A stretch of DNA of 64,000 nt from the NCBI GenBank assembly GCA_043809145.1, contig JAZDED010000014.1:1695-65694 (forward strand). Reading direction: 5' to 3'. The DNA comes from Candidatus Omnitrophota bacterium (lineage in GTDB: Bacteria > Omnitrophota > Gorgyraeia > Gygaellales > Profunditerraquicolaceae). Below the pieces are notes generated by a model. It saw nothing but the letters and a program-made list of their open reading frames with translations. It was not told the DNA's origin and ran no database searches. Positions 1 to 9,024 of this stretch are shown here, in pieces. How positions within the stretch are numbered: position 1 is the first letter of the stretch; each line of letters starts with the position of its first letter. The translations under genes were made by a program, and so were the position numbers.

Positions 1-878
1 AGATGTATTAGTTGATACTGCGGATGAAAACGGCTCAAATGCAAGGGTGTATCCACCCCAAGATTATCTTTTATCCATACACACATCTGGCGGATTACTT
101 CCAGGTTATCATTAAACCCCGGTAAAATAAGGTTGGTAATTTCCAAATGCACGCCATTCTCTTTTAATATTTTCAGGCTTTTTAAAACCGGCTCTAAGCT
201 TCCTTCGCACAACTTCTGATAATATTCCTCACTGAAACCTTTTAAATCGATATCCGCTCCATCCAGGTATTTACACAGCTCTCTTAACGGCTCCTCATTG
301 ATGAAACCGTTGGAATGCATTACGTTTATTAGGCCTTGGGCTTTGGCTAATTTTGCCGTCTCTAACATATATTCAAAGAAAATCGTGGGCTCGCTATAAG
401 TATAGGCGATTATGTTCCTGCCCGATTTTCTTACTGCCTGGATTAATTCCCGGGGTTCCAGATAACTGAATTGCACTTCTTCCGGTGTACGCTGCGAAAT
501 CTCCCAATTCTGACAGAATTTACACTTCAGGTTACACCCAGCAGTAGCTACGGAAAAAGTAAAACTTCCCGGAAGAAAATGAAAAAATGGCTTCTTCTCT
601 ATTGGGTCATTGGGATGCGCCGAAACTGCCTTGGCAAAGGTAAGAGCATAAAGTGTTCCGTTACGATTCTCTCTTACTCCGCAATACCCTCTTTTGCCAG
701 AAGCAATAAAACATCTGCGAGGACAAAGCCCGCACTGTACATTTTTATTTTCAAGCTTCTGGTAAAATAAGGCTTCTTTTGAAGGCAATTCCGCAGATAA
801 CCGCGGAATCAGAAAACATAAAGAAAGCAAACCCAGAAATAACGCAAATATAATAATAAAACCGAATAGGCTCTTCAT
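1..878 (-). CDS. amrS: AmmeMemoRadiSam-system radical SAM enzyme (AmrS-like), C-terminus cut by window edge
   Basis: Absent from the ORF track because there is no stop in the window. Hand translation from the ATG at 878 gives MKSLFGFIIIFALFLGLLSLCF...CGLCPRRCFIASGKRGYCGVREN...DPIEKKPFFHFLPGS...ATAGCNLKCKFCQNWEISQ...YSEPTIFFEY...LEITNLILPGFND. It stays open to position 1. The CxxxCxxC cluster motif and flanking blocks are typical of AmrS/PflA-like activases. Confidence 0.75.
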   Translation of the reverse strand, partial: MKSLFGFIIIFALFLGLLSLCFLIPRLSAELPSKEALFYQKLENKNVQCGLCPRRCFIASGKRGYCGVRENRNGTLYALTFAKAVSAHPNDPIEKKPFFHFLPGSFTFSVATAGCNLKCKFCQNWEISQRTPEEVQFSYLEPRELIQAVRKSGRNIIAYTYSEPTIFFEYMLETAKLAKAQGLINVMHSNGFINEEPLRELCKYLDGADIDLKGFSEEYYQKLCEGSLEPVLKSLKILKENGVHLEITNLILPGFNDNLEVIRQMCVWIKDNLGVDTPLHLSRFHPQYQLIH

Positions 879-1096
879 TGATTTAAAATATAACCGGGAC
901 GTTCCCCGAGGTACCAGGATGGGTGATCATAACACATTGTAAGCAAATAAATTATAATATAAGATTCTAAATAGGGTGTCCCCTTAGGGAACGTCCCTCT
1001 CCCGATAGCGGAGCTAACTTATCGGGAAAATATTTTAGGTGTTGGCGTCGTGTTCACTGCGCTGCTTGCCGCAGCCCCACGTTCACACGACATCCA

Positions 1097-1121
1097 CAAA
1101 ATTTTACGCAGTAAAATTTTG
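1097..1121 (-). repeat. 25-nt perfect hairpin (CAAAATTTTAC-GCA-GTAAAATTTTG), copy abutting the tRNA 3' end
   Basis: 11-bp perfect stem with a 3-nt loop. Identical to the copy at 1196..1220. Zero-nt gap to the tRNA discriminator base at 1122. Confidence 0.9.
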
Positions 1122-1194
1122 TGGAGCTGACGAGATTCGAACTCGTGACCCCCTCGTTGCGAACGAGGTGCTCTCCCAGCTGAGCTACAGCCCC
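1122..1194 (-). tRNA. tRNA-Ala (anticodon CGC)
   Basis: Reverse complement GGGGCTGTAGCTCAGCTGGGAGAGCACCTCGTTCGCAACGAGGGGGTCACGAGTTCGAATCTCGTCAGCTCCA folds as a 73-nt cloverleaf. It has the G3:U70 Ala identity pair, anticodon loop TTCGCAA and T-loop TTCGAAT. CCA is not encoded. Confidence 0.93.
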
Positions 1195-1195
1195 T

Positions 1196-1220
1196 CAAAA
1201 TTTTACGCAGTAAAATTTTG
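1196..1220 (-). repeat. 25-nt perfect hairpin, copy abutting the tRNA 5' end
   Basis: Sequence identical to 1097..1121. One-nt gap to tRNA position 1 (1194). Confidence 0.9.
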
Positions 1221-1289
1221 ATCCCGAGTCTACAATATTGCCATTCAAGGACGAGGGAAAAATAATTTCAGCAAGAGTTCTACCTGTAT

Positions 1290-2960
1290 CTACTTTTGCA
1301 ATTCCATAATCTTGGTTGAGATTATTCTACCCAGGTCCCTTCTCTCAATGAACCCTGCAATTTCCTTTTCATCTGAAACAACAGGCAGATAATCTAAATG
1401 AAATTTATCTAATATTTTCATGGCTTCTGAAAGATTGGTAACACCCGAAACAGTAGCTACTATCGGTTCCTTAAGATCAGCTGCTAAAACTAATCCGCCC
1501 AACTCCCTCTCCGTAAGGATATTCTTTATGTTATCCACGCTTATAATACCCGATAATTTATTATCATTACCGACTACCGGATAATACAAATTCGCGCTGC
1601 GGCTAAAAATTTGCAATATCTCATCCAGAGAAGCATTGTCTTTAACCATCGGAGGATTTCTATCCATTACCTCAACGATTTTGGTATTCTGAAGAAAATC
1701 CTCCTCTGTAATATTTAATCCTACTTCACCAGCCTTAGTAACCGCTATTTTTACAAAGGGCGGGCCAATTAACTCCAGAACAAAAACTGTGGCGGTAATA
1801 ATGATTACTATCGTATTGCCGATTTCTCCGGGGAAGTTATTGCTTGCTAATATAGATAAACCGATAGCAACCCCGGCCTGGCTGAAAAGGCATATCGGCA
1901 AATATTTTCTTACCGTTTCAGGCGCCCGGGATATTTTTGCGCCGAATATTGCCCCGGACATCTTCCCTACGCTCCTAGCGATAAGATACACAACGGCTAA
2001 TATAAGGATCGGTAAACTCATAAAGCCGATATTCAATTTTGCTCCCACAAGGACAAAGAACAAAACATAAATCGGAGGAGTAAAGCCTGCGAGCAATTTA
2101 AACGTTTCCTTGCTTTTATAAGGAATGGAATTCGTGATAATAGCCCCTAAGCTCATAACCGCTAATAGCATATCTGCATTTATCGCTAAAGCAAAACCCG
2201 AAACCAATAAAACCATTCCAATGGTAAAGACTAAAATTCTTTCTTTTTCCGAGTACTTTTTTAGGAAATGATTAAGAATTACCCCTGAAACAATTCCTAA
2301 TATTATAGATATCCCGATTTCATATAAAGGATGAACAAAAGCCCTCCATGCGCTTTCATGGGTATCGCCGCTTAGGCTTCCGGCAATGCTAAAAGCAATG
2401 GCAAAGAGCAATAATGCTAATCCGTCATCCATGGCAACAATCCCCAAGACCGTTCTGGTTAATGGCCCTTTTGTCTTATACTCTCGGAGTACCTCCGTGG
2501 TTGCCGCAGGAGCTGTAGCCGAAGAAATAGCTCCCAACAGCAGCCCGAGTGACCAGGCCATCTTCCAATCTTTAAAAAGGATTGTACCCACTATACCGAC
2601 AAAAACAGTAACCAACAAAAAGGCAAAAAAACCTTCGAACAATAGAATACAGATAAACTGTTTTCCATATTTTACAAGGGTATCTATTTTTAGCTCTCCG
2701 CCGATCATAAAACCAATCAACCCCAAGGCAAAGTAGCTGAAAGGCTGTAGCATTGCCACTATATCATGGCCGACGATCTTAAATCCGGACTCCCCGATTA
2801 AAATTCCTATAACCATATATCCCACAACCTGGGGAATGCGAAGTTTTTGAAAAATACGCCCACCTATGGTTCCGCCAAACAAAGCCAACCCCAAAAGAAA
2901 CAATATGTTCAGTTTCAATATAGATACTTTGTCCAAAATATAGCCAATCTGCTCAAACAC
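1290..2960 (-). CDS. cation:proton antiporter (Na+/H+ exchanger family) with C-terminal CBS-domain pair
   Basis: 556 aa. The N-terminal ~400 aa are multi-TM and CPA-like. The C-terminus has two CBS-like units (YPVVGNDNKLSGIISVDNI; YLPVVSDEKEIAGFIERRDL). Confidence 0.8.
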   Translation of the reverse strand: MFEQIGYILDKVSILKLNILFLLGLALFGGTIGGRIFQKLRIPQVVGYMVIGILIGESGFKIVGHDIVAMLQPFSYFALGLIGFMIGGELKIDTLVKYGKQFICILLFEGFFAFLLVTVFVGIVGTILFKDWKMAWSLGLLLGAISSATAPAATTEVLREYKTKGPLTRTVLGIVAMDDGLALLLFAIAFSIAGSLSGDTHESAWRAFVHPLYEIGISIILGIVSGVILNHFLKKYSEKERILVFTIGMVLLVSGFALAINADMLLAVMSLGAIITNSIPYKSKETFKLLAGFTPPIYVLFFVLVGAKLNIGFMSLPILILAVVYLIARSVGKMSGAIFGAKISRAPETVRKYLPICLFSQAGVAIGLSILASNNFPGEIGNTIVIIITATVFVLELIGPPFVKIAVTKAGEVGLNITEEDFLQNTKIVEVMDRNPPMVKDNASLDEILQIFSRSANLYYPVVGNDNKLSGIISVDNIKNILTERELGGLVLAADLKEPIVATVSGVTNLSEAMKILDKFHLDYLPVVSDEKEIAGFIERRDLGRIISTKIMELQK

Positions 2961-3155
2961 AACTTCCTCCTTTATCTGTTTTTTTTATTATATCACTTCC
3001 ATTTTAAAATAATAGGAGTTTTAGAGTAAATGATTTACGATGAAGCAGAGGCCGGAAATCTAAACCACAAATCCCAAAAAATTGTAAGGCAATTTAGAGA
3101 GCGGGCTTATAGTTCTAACTTGGGGATAGGCTAGGAGGACGGTATGACTGGTACT

Positions 3156-3185
3156 AAAAAATGAACAGCTTTCGATTAAAGCTGT
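3156..3185 (-). terminator. putative intrinsic terminator overlapping the GT4 stop codon
   Basis: Minus strand reads ACAGCTTT-AATCG-AAAGCTGT followed by TCATTTTTT. The 8-bp stem is perfect. Confidence 0.55.
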
Positions 3186-4273
3186 GATAATATTTGATCT
3201 ATTACTTCAACCGACTTCTTCCAAGTATATTTTTCTATGAGTTCCTCCCGATGGCTTACCTTACTCGGGTTATTTAATGCTGAATTTATTGCCTCTACAA
3301 AACTATTAACCGTAGGAGAACAATTAATGCAGTATTGAGAGAACATATCCTTAGTCTGGCCTGCAAGATGCCCAACCACAACTTTATTCATCGCCAGATA
3401 CTCACCCACTTTAAGCGAAGTTTTCATCTTGTTCTTTAAATTATCCCGCATAAAAATTAAGGCAATATCAACACAGCTTAAATAACCGGGAACTTCTTCC
3501 TGTTTGATAAGCCCGGTAAAGTAAATATTCTTTAACCCAATAGCCTCAGCTTTCTTCTTATATGTCGAGAACAACGGCCCGCCTCCGATAATCAAAAAAC
3601 TCATATCTTCTCTTTGCCGTATTATTTCATTTACAGCCTGCAAAACAATATCAAAATCACCAACCCCTCCGGTTGTAAATGATGCCAAAAAACCTAAAAG
3701 TATATTGCCTTTAAACCCAAGCTGTTTTTTTATTAGTTCCGCATTAAAGCGCTCGGGGTCAAACAGGCCAAAATTAACTCCGTGAGAAGCAAAAAAAATA
3801 TTTTTTACTCCAAGCTTTCGCCCATAATTAAGCAAGTAGTCATTCGGCACAAAAACATAATCTGCCAGCCTTATAAAAAAATGCTCGCATAACCAGACCA
3901 GGAAATAACGCAGGCAATTTTTTTGTAAAATACAGGATAAATCATCCCAATCTACGGCTATAGTCTTTTTTCTTAATTTGGCAGCGATCATCGCCGGCAC
4001 TGTAAGCGGCGTAAAGGTTTGTGTAAAAAATATATCGTAATTACAGAATAATGCATAGTATATTCTCTTTAAGCTTGCCCCTAAGAACCCAAAAATATTA
4101 TTTTTCTGAGTTATCGAGGTAATGTTTTCTTTGCCGGAGTAATTGGACTCAATATAGTTAACCTTCCACCCTAAAGAGATAAGCCCGTAATAAATCTGAC
4201 GGATTCGATGCGTTGACCCATAGGTTGTATCCATAGGATTCAGCATAAGAATAACCCCAGATTTATTAGTCAT
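3176..4273 (-). CDS. glycosyltransferase, GT-B fold (GT4-like)
   Basis: 365 aa. C-terminal half has the GT1/GT4-type pattern (FLIIGGGPL...; KVGEYLAMNKVVVG resembling the E-x7-E region). Confidence 0.7.
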   Translation of the reverse strand: MTNKSGVILMLNPMDTTYGSTHRIRQIYYGLISLGWKVNYIESNYSGKENITSITQKNNIFGFLGASLKRIYYALFCNYDIFFTQTFTPLTVPAMIAAKLRKKTIAVDWDDLSCILQKNCLRYFLVWLCEHFFIRLADYVFVPNDYLLNYGRKLGVKNIFFASHGVNFGLFDPERFNAELIKKQLGFKGNILLGFLASFTTGGVGDFDIVLQAVNEIIRQREDMSFLIIGGGPLFSTYKKKAEAIGLKNIYFTGLIKQEEVPGYLSCVDIALIFMRDNLKNKMKTSLKVGEYLAMNKVVVGHLAGQTKDMFSQYCINCSPTVNSFVEAINSALNNPSKVSHREELIEKYTWKKSVEVIDQILSQL

Positions 4274-4283
4274 AATTTTTTAC

Positions 4284-5244
4284 TTAAGTATTATTGGTTA
4301 TAGGGTTCTTCGGGCTGAAGAACCCGCACAAAAAACCAATATTCCAGTAAAATAACGTAATAACCAGCAGGCTTAAAGTCCGGGAATATAGGTGGCTTAA
4401 TACAAACGGTAGCGAAAGAGAAAAAATAGCGATTAAATAGTAGGCGATCATGGGCTTAAAAAAGATACTCAAGACCATAATACAAATTAGGCCCAAAAGA
4501 ATAAAAGGAAAAAGCTGTATGGTCCTAAAAATACCATAAGCCCTGACCATAAATGCCTGTACATATCCATAGCGGTACATCATATTAATATAAGACTTTG
4601 GTGTGGGTATGCGATAATGAAAAATTACTGCTTTAGGGTTAAAAACAAGTCTATAGCCTCTTTTTCTTAAACGATAATCAAGTTCCACATCCTCCCCTGG
4701 CCATAACCCCCGCCTGAAACCATCCTCTTTCAACAAAACCTCTTTACGATAAATGGCATTGCAGGAAGGATTATGCGAAACCGATACAGTCTTATATTTA
4801 CCCTTATGTATATAATCAGTGGCAAAGCCTATCTTTTTGCATGAAACGAGAGACCTTTTTGCCGAAATCCGAATCATCATCAGGAGTCATTTGCGCGCCA
4901 CCTACCGAAACAATATCATCTGCCTTCATCCCGCCAACCAACTCCTTCAGCCAATCCTTATCCACAAGGCAGTCGCTATCGGTAAAAGCCAAATATTCGC
5001 CTTTTGCTAGTTTTGCGGCTAAGTTCCTTGATTCACTTGGACCATAACTCTGCTTATTAGTAATGACCTGGACCCGCTTATTATAAGCGGTAAGAATCGC
5101 TGTCGTTTCATCTGTTGAACCATCATCAACCACAATAACCTCATAATCAGAATAATCCAATGCCAGCACAGAATCCAGACATTTGGCTATTGTCCTGGCG
5201 CCATTTTTAACGGGTATAATTACGCTAACCATATTTGCGTTCAT
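4284..5244 (-). pseudogene. family-2 glycosyltransferase split by a frameshift in an A5 run
   Basis: ORF 4816..5244 carries the GT2 N-terminal domain (VSVIIPVKNGARTI...VIVVDDGSTDET...FTDSDC). ORF 4284..4880 carries the remainder (CNAIYRKEVL...GEDVELDYRL) plus C-terminal TM helices. The two frames join as ...FMQK|IGFATDY if one A is removed from CAAAAAG (plus-strand T5 at 4834..4838). Confidence 0.75.
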
Positions 5245-6671
5245 TTATGAAAAATATAACTAAAGAAATTCCAAGCCCCGCGAAATTTACGGTAGAGGTC
5301 TGCCCAGGACCTGGTTTTAAAAAGAAATCTTATTATAAACCCTAAACGAAGGTAGAACCTTTTTAAGCCTAAATCCACATAATAATTGATACGCTCCTGG
5401 CTTAACCCAGGATATTCTACTACTGCCTTTTGTTCGCCGGTATTAAGCCATTCTGCCCAATTCCTGGATTTTAGCCAGCCATTTTTTTCGCAAAGAGCAA
5501 AAAAACTGGTCCCCGGAAAAGGAACTGCTCCGGAAAATTGCAGAGTAGTTAACCCTAGGCCTAAAGCAAAATCCACGGTCTGTTTAGCCGTATTTTCCGT
5601 CTCACCAGGTAAACCAATAACAAAGCAACCGTGCACTTCTAATCCCGCTTCCCGGGCATATTGGACAAACCGCTGTGACTGTTCCAGGGTAATATTTTTA
5701 TGTATCTGGTTAAGCACATCTTGATTCCCGGATTCAAAACCAACTAACAGCTCGCGGCAACCTGAGCGCTTCATAAGCTTAAAAAGCTCTTTATCCGCAT
5801 TATCAGCCCGGGCATTAACAGAAAAAGTGAGCTTTAAACCCCGGCGCATAATCTCTTCACAAATTAATATCGCCCTCTCTTTATTTACGGTAAATGTATC
5901 ATCCTCGAAAAAAAATTCACCTCCATGGATAACCGCCGGGCATATCCGTATATCATGCTCGATTTCATCCACGACATTCTTCGGGCTTCTCAACCTGTAT
6001 TTTAATCCATGCATTACCTGCGGCCAAAGGCAAAATACGCACTGATTAGGACACCCCCTGCCGGAAATAATATCTATATATGGATAGAGCTTGCCGCCGT
6101 CAAAATACTTCATAAGATCAAGATGCTGCCACGCCGGAAATGGTAAACTATCCAGGTCTTCTATTAACGGCCGTAGAGGATTCCTGATTATCTTAGCCTC
6201 CTTAGTATAGACGATCCCCTTTACTTGCGATAGATCCTCAAAATTAACCGCGACATCGCCTATTGTGTAATCATATTCTCCAATACAAGCTACATCTACC
6301 GCCCCTTGGGACAAACTTAAGACCTCTTCCGGTAAAGACGAAACATGCGGGCCTACCATAATAACTTTAGCCCGAGACTCCTCTTTTACAATCCTGGCGC
6401 ACTCGATATCTGAATATATTGAAGGGGTGGTAGAATCCAATACTACAAAATCCGGCTTCTCCCAGCTAACCAGCTTTCTAAGGTCGTCCTTGTCCTGATT
6501 ATTAGCTACCATATCTATAAGCTTGGCCTCAATACCATTATCTTCCAATACCGCGGTGGCGTAAGCCAGCCAATCCGGAGCCCGTAGAACTCTTCCCCGC
6601 GTACGCGCTGCCCAGCGTTGAGTCCTGCAGAAATCTTTGACAAAAGGTTCGTTTATTACTAATATTTTCAT
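5241..6671 (-). CDS. B12-binding-domain radical SAM protein (class B radical SAM)
   Basis: 476 aa. N-terminal Rossmann-like B12-binding region (KILVINEPF...DFVVLDSTTPS), then the GRGCPNQCVFCLWP CxxxCxxC motif and the radical SAM core. Confidence 0.8.
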   Translation of the reverse strand: MKILVINEPFVKDFCRTQRWAARTRGRVLRAPDWLAYATAVLEDNGIEAKLIDMVANNQDKDDLRKLVSWEKPDFVVLDSTTPSIYSDIECARIVKEESRAKVIMVGPHVSSLPEEVLSLSQGAVDVACIGEYDYTIGDVAVNFEDLSQVKGIVYTKEAKIIRNPLRPLIEDLDSLPFPAWQHLDLMKYFDGGKLYPYIDIISGRGCPNQCVFCLWPQVMHGLKYRLRSPKNVVDEIEHDIRICPAVIHGGEFFFEDDTFTVNKERAILICEEIMRRGLKLTFSVNARADNADKELFKLMKRSGCRELLVGFESGNQDVLNQIHKNITLEQSQRFVQYAREAGLEVHGCFVIGLPGETENTAKQTVDFALGLGLTTLQFSGAVPFPGTSFFALCEKNGWLKSRNWAEWLNTGEQKAVVEYPGLSQERINYYVDLGLKRFYLRLGFIIRFLFKTRSWADLYRKFRGAWNFFSYIFHK

Positions 6672-6698
6672 ATACTCGCTATGGTTGTTAACCAGGCC

Positions 6699-8342
6699 TC
6701 ATTGAGAAGGAATCCTGGCTGTATAAAAAACATGAAAATCACCGCCCATCTTATAAATATTCCTCATTTGTGGCTGAATAGGAAAACTTTTTAATCTCTC
6801 CTGAAAGATCTCGCCAGAACCTCTTTCCACTAGAAAATAGATAACTTCTCCGGAATTATCCAAAAAACCCAGTTCCTTGAGATGATAATTGTCTTGAATA
6901 TAATTAAATAACTCTGGGCTCTTATTTTGGAGCGTATTTAAGAAAAATGGCGGATAGACGCAGATATACTTTATATTATACTTCTTCTCTTTGGCTTTAA
7001 AATCATTGAGGTTATCCGCCCAGCCTGCATATCGCTGCGCATACCTGGCTATTGCATAACCCTGGGAATAGGTCAGCAAAAAAAACTTCTCTCCGGGATC
7101 AGTGAACTCTTTAACGCTCTCTCCGGCAACATCTGCGCCATAGAAGGCAGTTGAATACATACGTTTAATTGGAGAATAAACAAAAAAGATGGACACAAAT
7201 ACAACAAGACTTAATAAATAACCGAGCACATCCTTACGCGCCGCTCTTTTTGCCAATTGTGATATATATAAAAGGCCATAAGTTGAAGATATGCAAACCC
7301 ATCCTAAAAAAGGCATCTGATAGTAATTATGTTGATTGATAAAATCCGAGAAAAACATGCTGTAACAAAGGATAGAAACAACTCCCCCAATAAGATAACG
7401 GTCTAAAACAGATCTTCTTTTTAAAAAGGCGGCAAATAAACCCAGGACTGCAAGTATTGTAAATATTAGGCTGAAATTCTCCCCTTGAATATACCACCAG
7501 ATAATCTTGCCATATTTATTCCAATAAGTTGGCGAAAATATTTCCAGTAAATTTACCCTAGCGATAGTAGTCTGTTGCATGAATTTCCATTGCCCCAGAT
7601 GCGCGAGCCAGGCAATGCTCAATAAAACGGGCACATATGAAAGCGTTAACGCAAAAATATTTTTTACCAGCCCCCTACTGCGGCTAAAAAATTTACCGTA
7701 GGGGAAAATAAATAAGAAAAATAGCGCGGAAAACGCAAAGTTCATCTTATAGATCCAGGAGAGCGAAAAAAAAGTACCGCCTAAAAAGAGGTCGGTCCTT
7801 CTCGACATGGTAACATAACGCAGATAAAAAAGATGCGCCAAGAGCATAAATAAAAAACCGGGGCTCTCCGGTTGCAGGTTACGCGAGAAAAATACCCCCA
7901 AAGGCATAATCGCCAGCAGAAATGAACAAAATAACGCTAATCTAAAAGATTGAAATAAAATCAGCCCTAAGAAATATATGGTTAGAATACTACAGACGCC
8001 GAATAAAACGTTAAATAGCCGAGCGCCCCATAAATTCTGGCCGAATAAATTCCAGGAGGCAAGTATCTGGTAAGTAACCAAGGGGACTTGAGGGAATATC
8101 TGCATATCCGGATTCTCCGCAAAGGCATTGTGAAAATAAATCCTACGGGTGGTAAAATCACCTGTCCTCTGCATCTCTTCGGCCATGCTTAAATATTCAT
8201 TTTCCTTCATATTGTGATAGCCTATAGAAGGAAAATCAAGATTAAAGGATCTTAAGAAAAACCCTAGAATGAGGGTGAGGAATAATATTCCGAAAATTTT
8301 AATATTATTAACTCTTTCTCGCAGGGGCAAATTAAAATTCAT
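6699..8342 (-). CDS. GT-C fold membrane glycosyltransferase (ArnT/PMT-like, GT39/GT83-like)
   Basis: 547 aa. About 11 predicted TM segments followed by a ~140-aa soluble C-terminal domain. Acidic first-loop motif HNMKENEYLSMAEEM recalls the DE..Y...A.EM loop of ArnT/PMT_2 proteins. Confidence 0.6.
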   Translation of the reverse strand: MNFNLPLRERVNNIKIFGILFLTLILGFFLRSFNLDFPSIGYHNMKENEYLSMAEEMQRTGDFTTRRIYFHNAFAENPDMQIFPQVPLVTYQILASWNLFGQNLWGARLFNVLFGVCSILTIYFLGLILFQSFRLALFCSFLLAIMPLGVFFSRNLQPESPGFLFMLLAHLFYLRYVTMSRRTDLFLGGTFFSLSWIYKMNFAFSALFFLFIFPYGKFFSRSRGLVKNIFALTLSYVPVLLSIAWLAHLGQWKFMQQTTIARVNLLEIFSPTYWNKYGKIIWWYIQGENFSLIFTILAVLGLFAAFLKRRSVLDRYLIGGVVSILCYSMFFSDFINQHNYYQMPFLGWVCISSTYGLLYISQLAKRAARKDVLGYLLSLVVFVSIFFVYSPIKRMYSTAFYGADVAGESVKEFTDPGEKFFLLTYSQGYAIARYAQRYAGWADNLNDFKAKEKKYNIKYICVYPPFFLNTLQNKSPELFNYIQDNYHLKELGFLDNSGEVIYFLVERGSGEIFQERLKSFPIQPQMRNIYKMGGDFHVFYTARIPSQ

Positions 8343-8376
8343 ATTAGATAAAATAATAGGGTTGGGCCTTCCGGTA

Positions 8377-9024
8377 TCATTTTCTGGCTATAACCAACAT
8401 CTGTTTGCCGAATACTCTCCAAGCCAAAGGCATTCGCAGATAAAGCCGCACAAGAGCTGGATTTTTGGAAAGCCCGCTCTTAGTCGTATAAGGCAGGAAG
8501 CGACTGATAATGCGCTCAATGTTAAAATCCATCATCTGCAGTATCTCGGCAATACTTCTATCGCTTAAGGGGAGACGGTGATCAATAAAATCCCAGTATT
8601 CTTTATAGACAAAGCGCATATTCGGGCCGAGTATGATTACTTTGCCACCCTTCTTCAATACCCTTCTTAGCTCTAAAAAGCAATTAAAAAGCTGGTCTTT
8701 AGTTTCTAAATGCTCCAGGATATTACTGGCAAAAACTACATCTATCTTTTCATCCGGAAGAAACGATAGGTCTGTTGCCGGATTATTAAAGAATTTGACT
8801 TCCGGGTTGATGAACCTTGATGAATCCTGGTTCATATCCAGAGCGTATTTCTCCCGACATTTAATATTATTGATGAATTCGCCAAAACCCGCCCCCAAGT
8901 CCAACACAACAGAGCCTTCAGGTATATAACGCTGAAAAAAATCCTGGCAGAGTATCTTCCAGATCTCTTTCTTTTTTACAATTTCTTTCTCTGTAAACCG
9001 GCTCTTGTAAAGTACGTTAAGCAT
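8377..9024 (-). CDS. class I SAM-dependent methyltransferase
   Basis: 215 aa. Motif I VVLDLGAGFGEF, with a later acidic/hydrophobic block VVFASNILEHL. Confidence 0.8.
   Translation of the reverse strand: MLNVLYKSRFTEKEIVKKKEIWKILCQDFFQRYIPEGSVVLDLGAGFGEFINNIKCREKYALDMNQDSSRFINPEVKFFNNPATDLSFLPDEKIDVVFASNILEHLETKDQLFNCFLELRRVLKKGGKVIILGPNMRFVYKEYWDFIDHRLPLSDRSIAEILQMMDFNIERIISRFLPYTTKSGLSKNPALVRLYLRMPLAWRVFGKQMLVIARK

Noticed and set aside
1039-1096. Possible SRP (4.5S) RNA or other known small RNA next to the tRNA. The minus strand contains GGCAAGCAGC, reminiscent of the SRP GGAAGCAGCC.
   Set aside because: I could not fold it into the helix-8 pattern (GNRA tetraloop with symmetric and asymmetric loops). 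The length and flanks do not fit. It is kept only as an unassigned structured spacer.
1122-1220. tRNA-associated genomic island or integrase attachment site.
   Set aside because: There is no integrase, transposase or phage gene in the window. The direct repeats flank only the tRNA itself and are hairpins, not copies of the tRNA 3' end.
3133-3164. Plus-strand SD-like AGGAGG followed by a 6-codon mini-ORF (MTGTKK).
   Set aside because: It is a tiny ORF on the otherwise empty strand, adjacent to a terminator. It is most likely chance.
4834-4838. Programmed ribosomal frameshifting in the split GT2 gene.
   Set aside because: The required shift is +1 at CAA-AAA-G. There is no recognisable stimulatory element or rare or stop codon context. 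A homopolymer indel, real or an assembly error, is the simpler explanation.
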